Shown here: in pieces, positions 24,450 through 26,456 of the stretch
Position numbering within the stretch: the stretch's first letter is position 1
How the letters are laid out: each line of letters opens with the position of its first letter
IMG/VR virus record: IMGVR_UViG_3300027887_000043
Coordinates: 1 to 26,456 of that record
Reading direction: 5' to 3' (one strand)
From: a virus
Taxonomy: Duplodnaviria > Caudoviricetes
Length of the DNA: 26,456 bases
The notes under the pieces: model-generated
What the model was told of the DNA's origin: nothing
The model's input: only the letters and a program-made list of their open reading frames with translations
The model's database searches: none
Position numbers and translations under genes: made by a program

Positions 24450-26456
24450 ATGGCTAAAGAAATTAAAGCTAATGGTTTAACAATTAAAACTAAAGATGGA
24501 GTAGAAGTACTTGGTTCAGATTTTAATGTTGAAATAAAGGAGATGGATGAGGCTACTAAGAGTTTTTGGGCCACAGCTAGTTCGGAAAACCCGGATAGGG
24601 ATAATGATATTATTCGGGTATCTGGTTGGAATTTAAAGAATTATAAATTAAATCCTGTGGGTTTGTGGGCACATAACTATTTTGAACATCCTCATTTTAA
24701 AACAGAAACAATTAAAATAGATAAACAAAATAAAACTTTAATTTTTAAACCTGTATTTGATACTCATGATCGTGCTTTGATTACTTGGAATCAATATAAA
24801 AATGGTTTTCTTACTTCTTTTTCTGTTGGTTTTAGCCCTCAAGAATTTGAATATCGTGATCCTAATGAACGATGGTCTGGTGGTAGAGAATTTACTAAAC
24901 AAGAATTGTTAGAGATTTCTGCTGTTCCTGTTCCTGCCCATCCTGATGCAAGAGTAAATTTGGATGGTTTTATTTTTGAAGAAGATAATTTATTAAAAAA
25001 TGGTTTCTCTGAGAATTTTGGTTTTGATGAATTGAAAAATATGTGGTGGGTTCCTATTGATGATTTAGGATCTTATAAATCAGCTAAAACTCACCAAGTA
25101 TTTCCGGGAGTTCTTGCTGTTACTGCTCAACCCCTTTATTCTAAAAGGTCCACTATTTTTCCTGTTGTTGGTTATTATTTTGAACAATCTGAGGGATTTG
25201 ATTCTATTAATTCTGTTAAGGGTTTTCTTGATAGTAGAAAGATTAAAAATACTGTTAAAAGATATTATGTTTTTGATTATGATAAAGATGGTAATTTTGA
25301 TTCTTCTATTCATGCTGAAGTAAAAGAGTTAGAATTAAAGGGGGAAGATGAAGCAGATTATAAAGGTATGCCTGAGTGTGATCCTGATAGTTCTGATTAT
25401 GATCCCGATATGTGTGAAGAGAACACTTATATTGATGAAAATGGTTGTAGGAAACCAAAACCTAAAAAGTCTGAAGAGGAATGGGAACTTATTGATATTA
25501 CTCCAGTAAAAGATTTTGTTGAATCGGAATATGATGAAATAATTGAATCTAAGGATTATGCAGAGAAACCTTTTCCTAATGAACATGCTTGTCGTTTAAA
25601 AAGTCCTGATGAATATGATAAATTTGCTAGAAAAAATTGTGCTGCAAAGCATTCGGGTAAATGTATTGATTTTATTTATGGTATTAAAGATAGTAAATCT
25701 GAATTACAAACTATGCGTTATAAGAAATCTATTTGGGATGTTGAAGATGCTAAGAAACATTGTTCTTCTCACAAGGGGAGTTTTGAAGCTGCTAGTGATA
25801 AAACCGAAGAAGACTTATCTATAAAAGAAATTAAATTTAATATTCAAATGTATAATAGTAGTGAAGAATTGGTAGAATACCGCACTATTGTTTTAACAGA
25901 TGAAGAAGTGACTAAAACTTTTGTGCAACTATTTGACAAATCCTTCTTGTCTGAAGTAAAGTCAATGTTGGAAGGACTCAATTCTCAACTTGTAGAATTG
26001 AAAAAGTCTGTAGAGGAATTGAGAAATTCCACAAAAAGGATTGATGATACTTTTGAGATTGATAACAATTTAATTGAATTTAATTCTGAAGAGTTTACTA
26101 CCCCTAGTTCTCAGAAGAAGGAAAATTCAGAAGAAATTGAAAGTACTGTTTGGATTCTGGATACGCAAAGCAATCTGAAAAAATGGAACCCGAAAACTGA
26201 CAGTTTTGAGATTGTTCTTCACGGAGGTATTCCGCTCACAGCCAGCGGGAAACCAGACACCATCCGGTGGATATCAAAAGCAAGGAACAACAGACTTCTG
26301 TTAAATGGCGATCGTACTTTCCATGTTTATGACGCCCAAAACCAACAGGTTTTAAAAAGTTATGAAAGTTCAGGCGGCAAATCCGGTGGATTGGTTGCTG
26401 ATATTATTGTGGCTGCCTCGGAAGACGAAGAGGGGTATTATTGGCTGATGCACAAG
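24450..26456 (+). CDS. HK97-type prohead protease with long C-terminal extension (open to window edge; last ~100 codons appear foreign)
   Basis: Hand-translated with no stop: DRDNDII, NPVGLWAHNY, SFSVGF, ELLEISAVPVPAHPDA; AAGGAG SD; missing from the ORF track. Confidence 0.88.
   Translation, partial: MAKEIKANGLTIKTKDGVEVLGSDFNVEIKEMDEATKSFWATASSENPDRDNDIIRVSGWNLKNYKLNPVGLWAHNYFEHPHFKTETIKIDKQNKTLIFKPVFDTHDRALITWNQYKNGFLTSFSVGFSPQEFEYRDPNERWSGGREFTKQELLEISAVPVPAHPDARVNLDGFIFEEDNLLKNGFSENFGFDELKNMWWVPIDDLGSYKSAKTHQVFPGVLAVTAQPLYSKRSTIFPVVGYYFEQSEGFDSINSVKGFLDSRKIKNTVKRYYVFDYDKDGNFDSSIHAEVKELELKGEDEADYKGMPECDPDSSDYDPDMCEENTYIDENGCRKPKPKKSEEEWELIDITPVKDFVESEYDEIIESKDYAEKPFPNEHACRLKSPDEYDKFARKNCAAKHSGKCIDFIYGIKDSKSELQTMRYKKSIWDVEDAKKHCSSHKGSFEAASDKTEEDLSIKEIKFNIQMYNSSEELVEYRTIVLTDEEVTKTFVQLFDKSFLSEVKSMLEGLNSQLVELKKSVEELRNSTKRIDDTFEIDNNLIEFNSEEFTTPSSQKKENSEEIESTVWILDTQSNLKKWNPKTDSFEIVLHGGIPLTASGKPDTIRWISKARNNRLLLNGDRTFHVYDAQNQQVLKSYESSGGKSGGLVADIIVAASEDEEGYYWLMHK

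Noticed and set aside
21048-25824. Short track ORFs within terL, portal and protease
   Set aside because: Shadow or alternative-frame ORFs inside well-supported genes
1-26456. Whole-genome alternative genetic code (4, 15 or 25)
   Set aside because: Long genes are intact in code 11, Trp is normally TGG, and TGA and TAG end genes that abut the next start

Overview
AT-rich fragment of a large tailed dsDNA phage (Caudoviricetes, HK97-type head module), or possibly a prophage, with four blocks. (1) 1-4281: tightly packed small minus-strand genes with a uniform AGAAAGGA Shine-Dalgarno (SD), sigma70-type promoters and long hairpins, resembling an early/host-takeover module. (2) About 4290-7575: repeat-rich non-coding DNA around a lone three-gene plus-strand island, a candidate terminus or packaging region. 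(3) 7584-19877: a minus-strand block with a Lar-like zinc finger, pyrE-pyrF, 3D-domain and SleB-type wall hydrolases, an Hc1-like histone and a 588-aa initiator-like protein containing five iterons. (4) 19959-end: TerS, TerL, a portal with a MuF-like tail, SAM decarboxylase and a long prohead protease that the ORF track misses; its last ~100 codons switch abruptly to a bacterial beta-propeller-like sequence. The best leads are a promoter- and terminator-bounded ~75-nt RNA whose 5' end is complementary to the SD of the divergent initiator gene, two small genes with an in-frame TGA where Trp fits, a recurrent KLKLK-like N-terminal motif, an MF[W/Y] micropeptide family, a PyrF with altered ribose-phosphate contacts, and a 17-bp match linking a structured intergenic element to the candidate terminus. 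All family calls are by-eye motif recognition; no searches were run.
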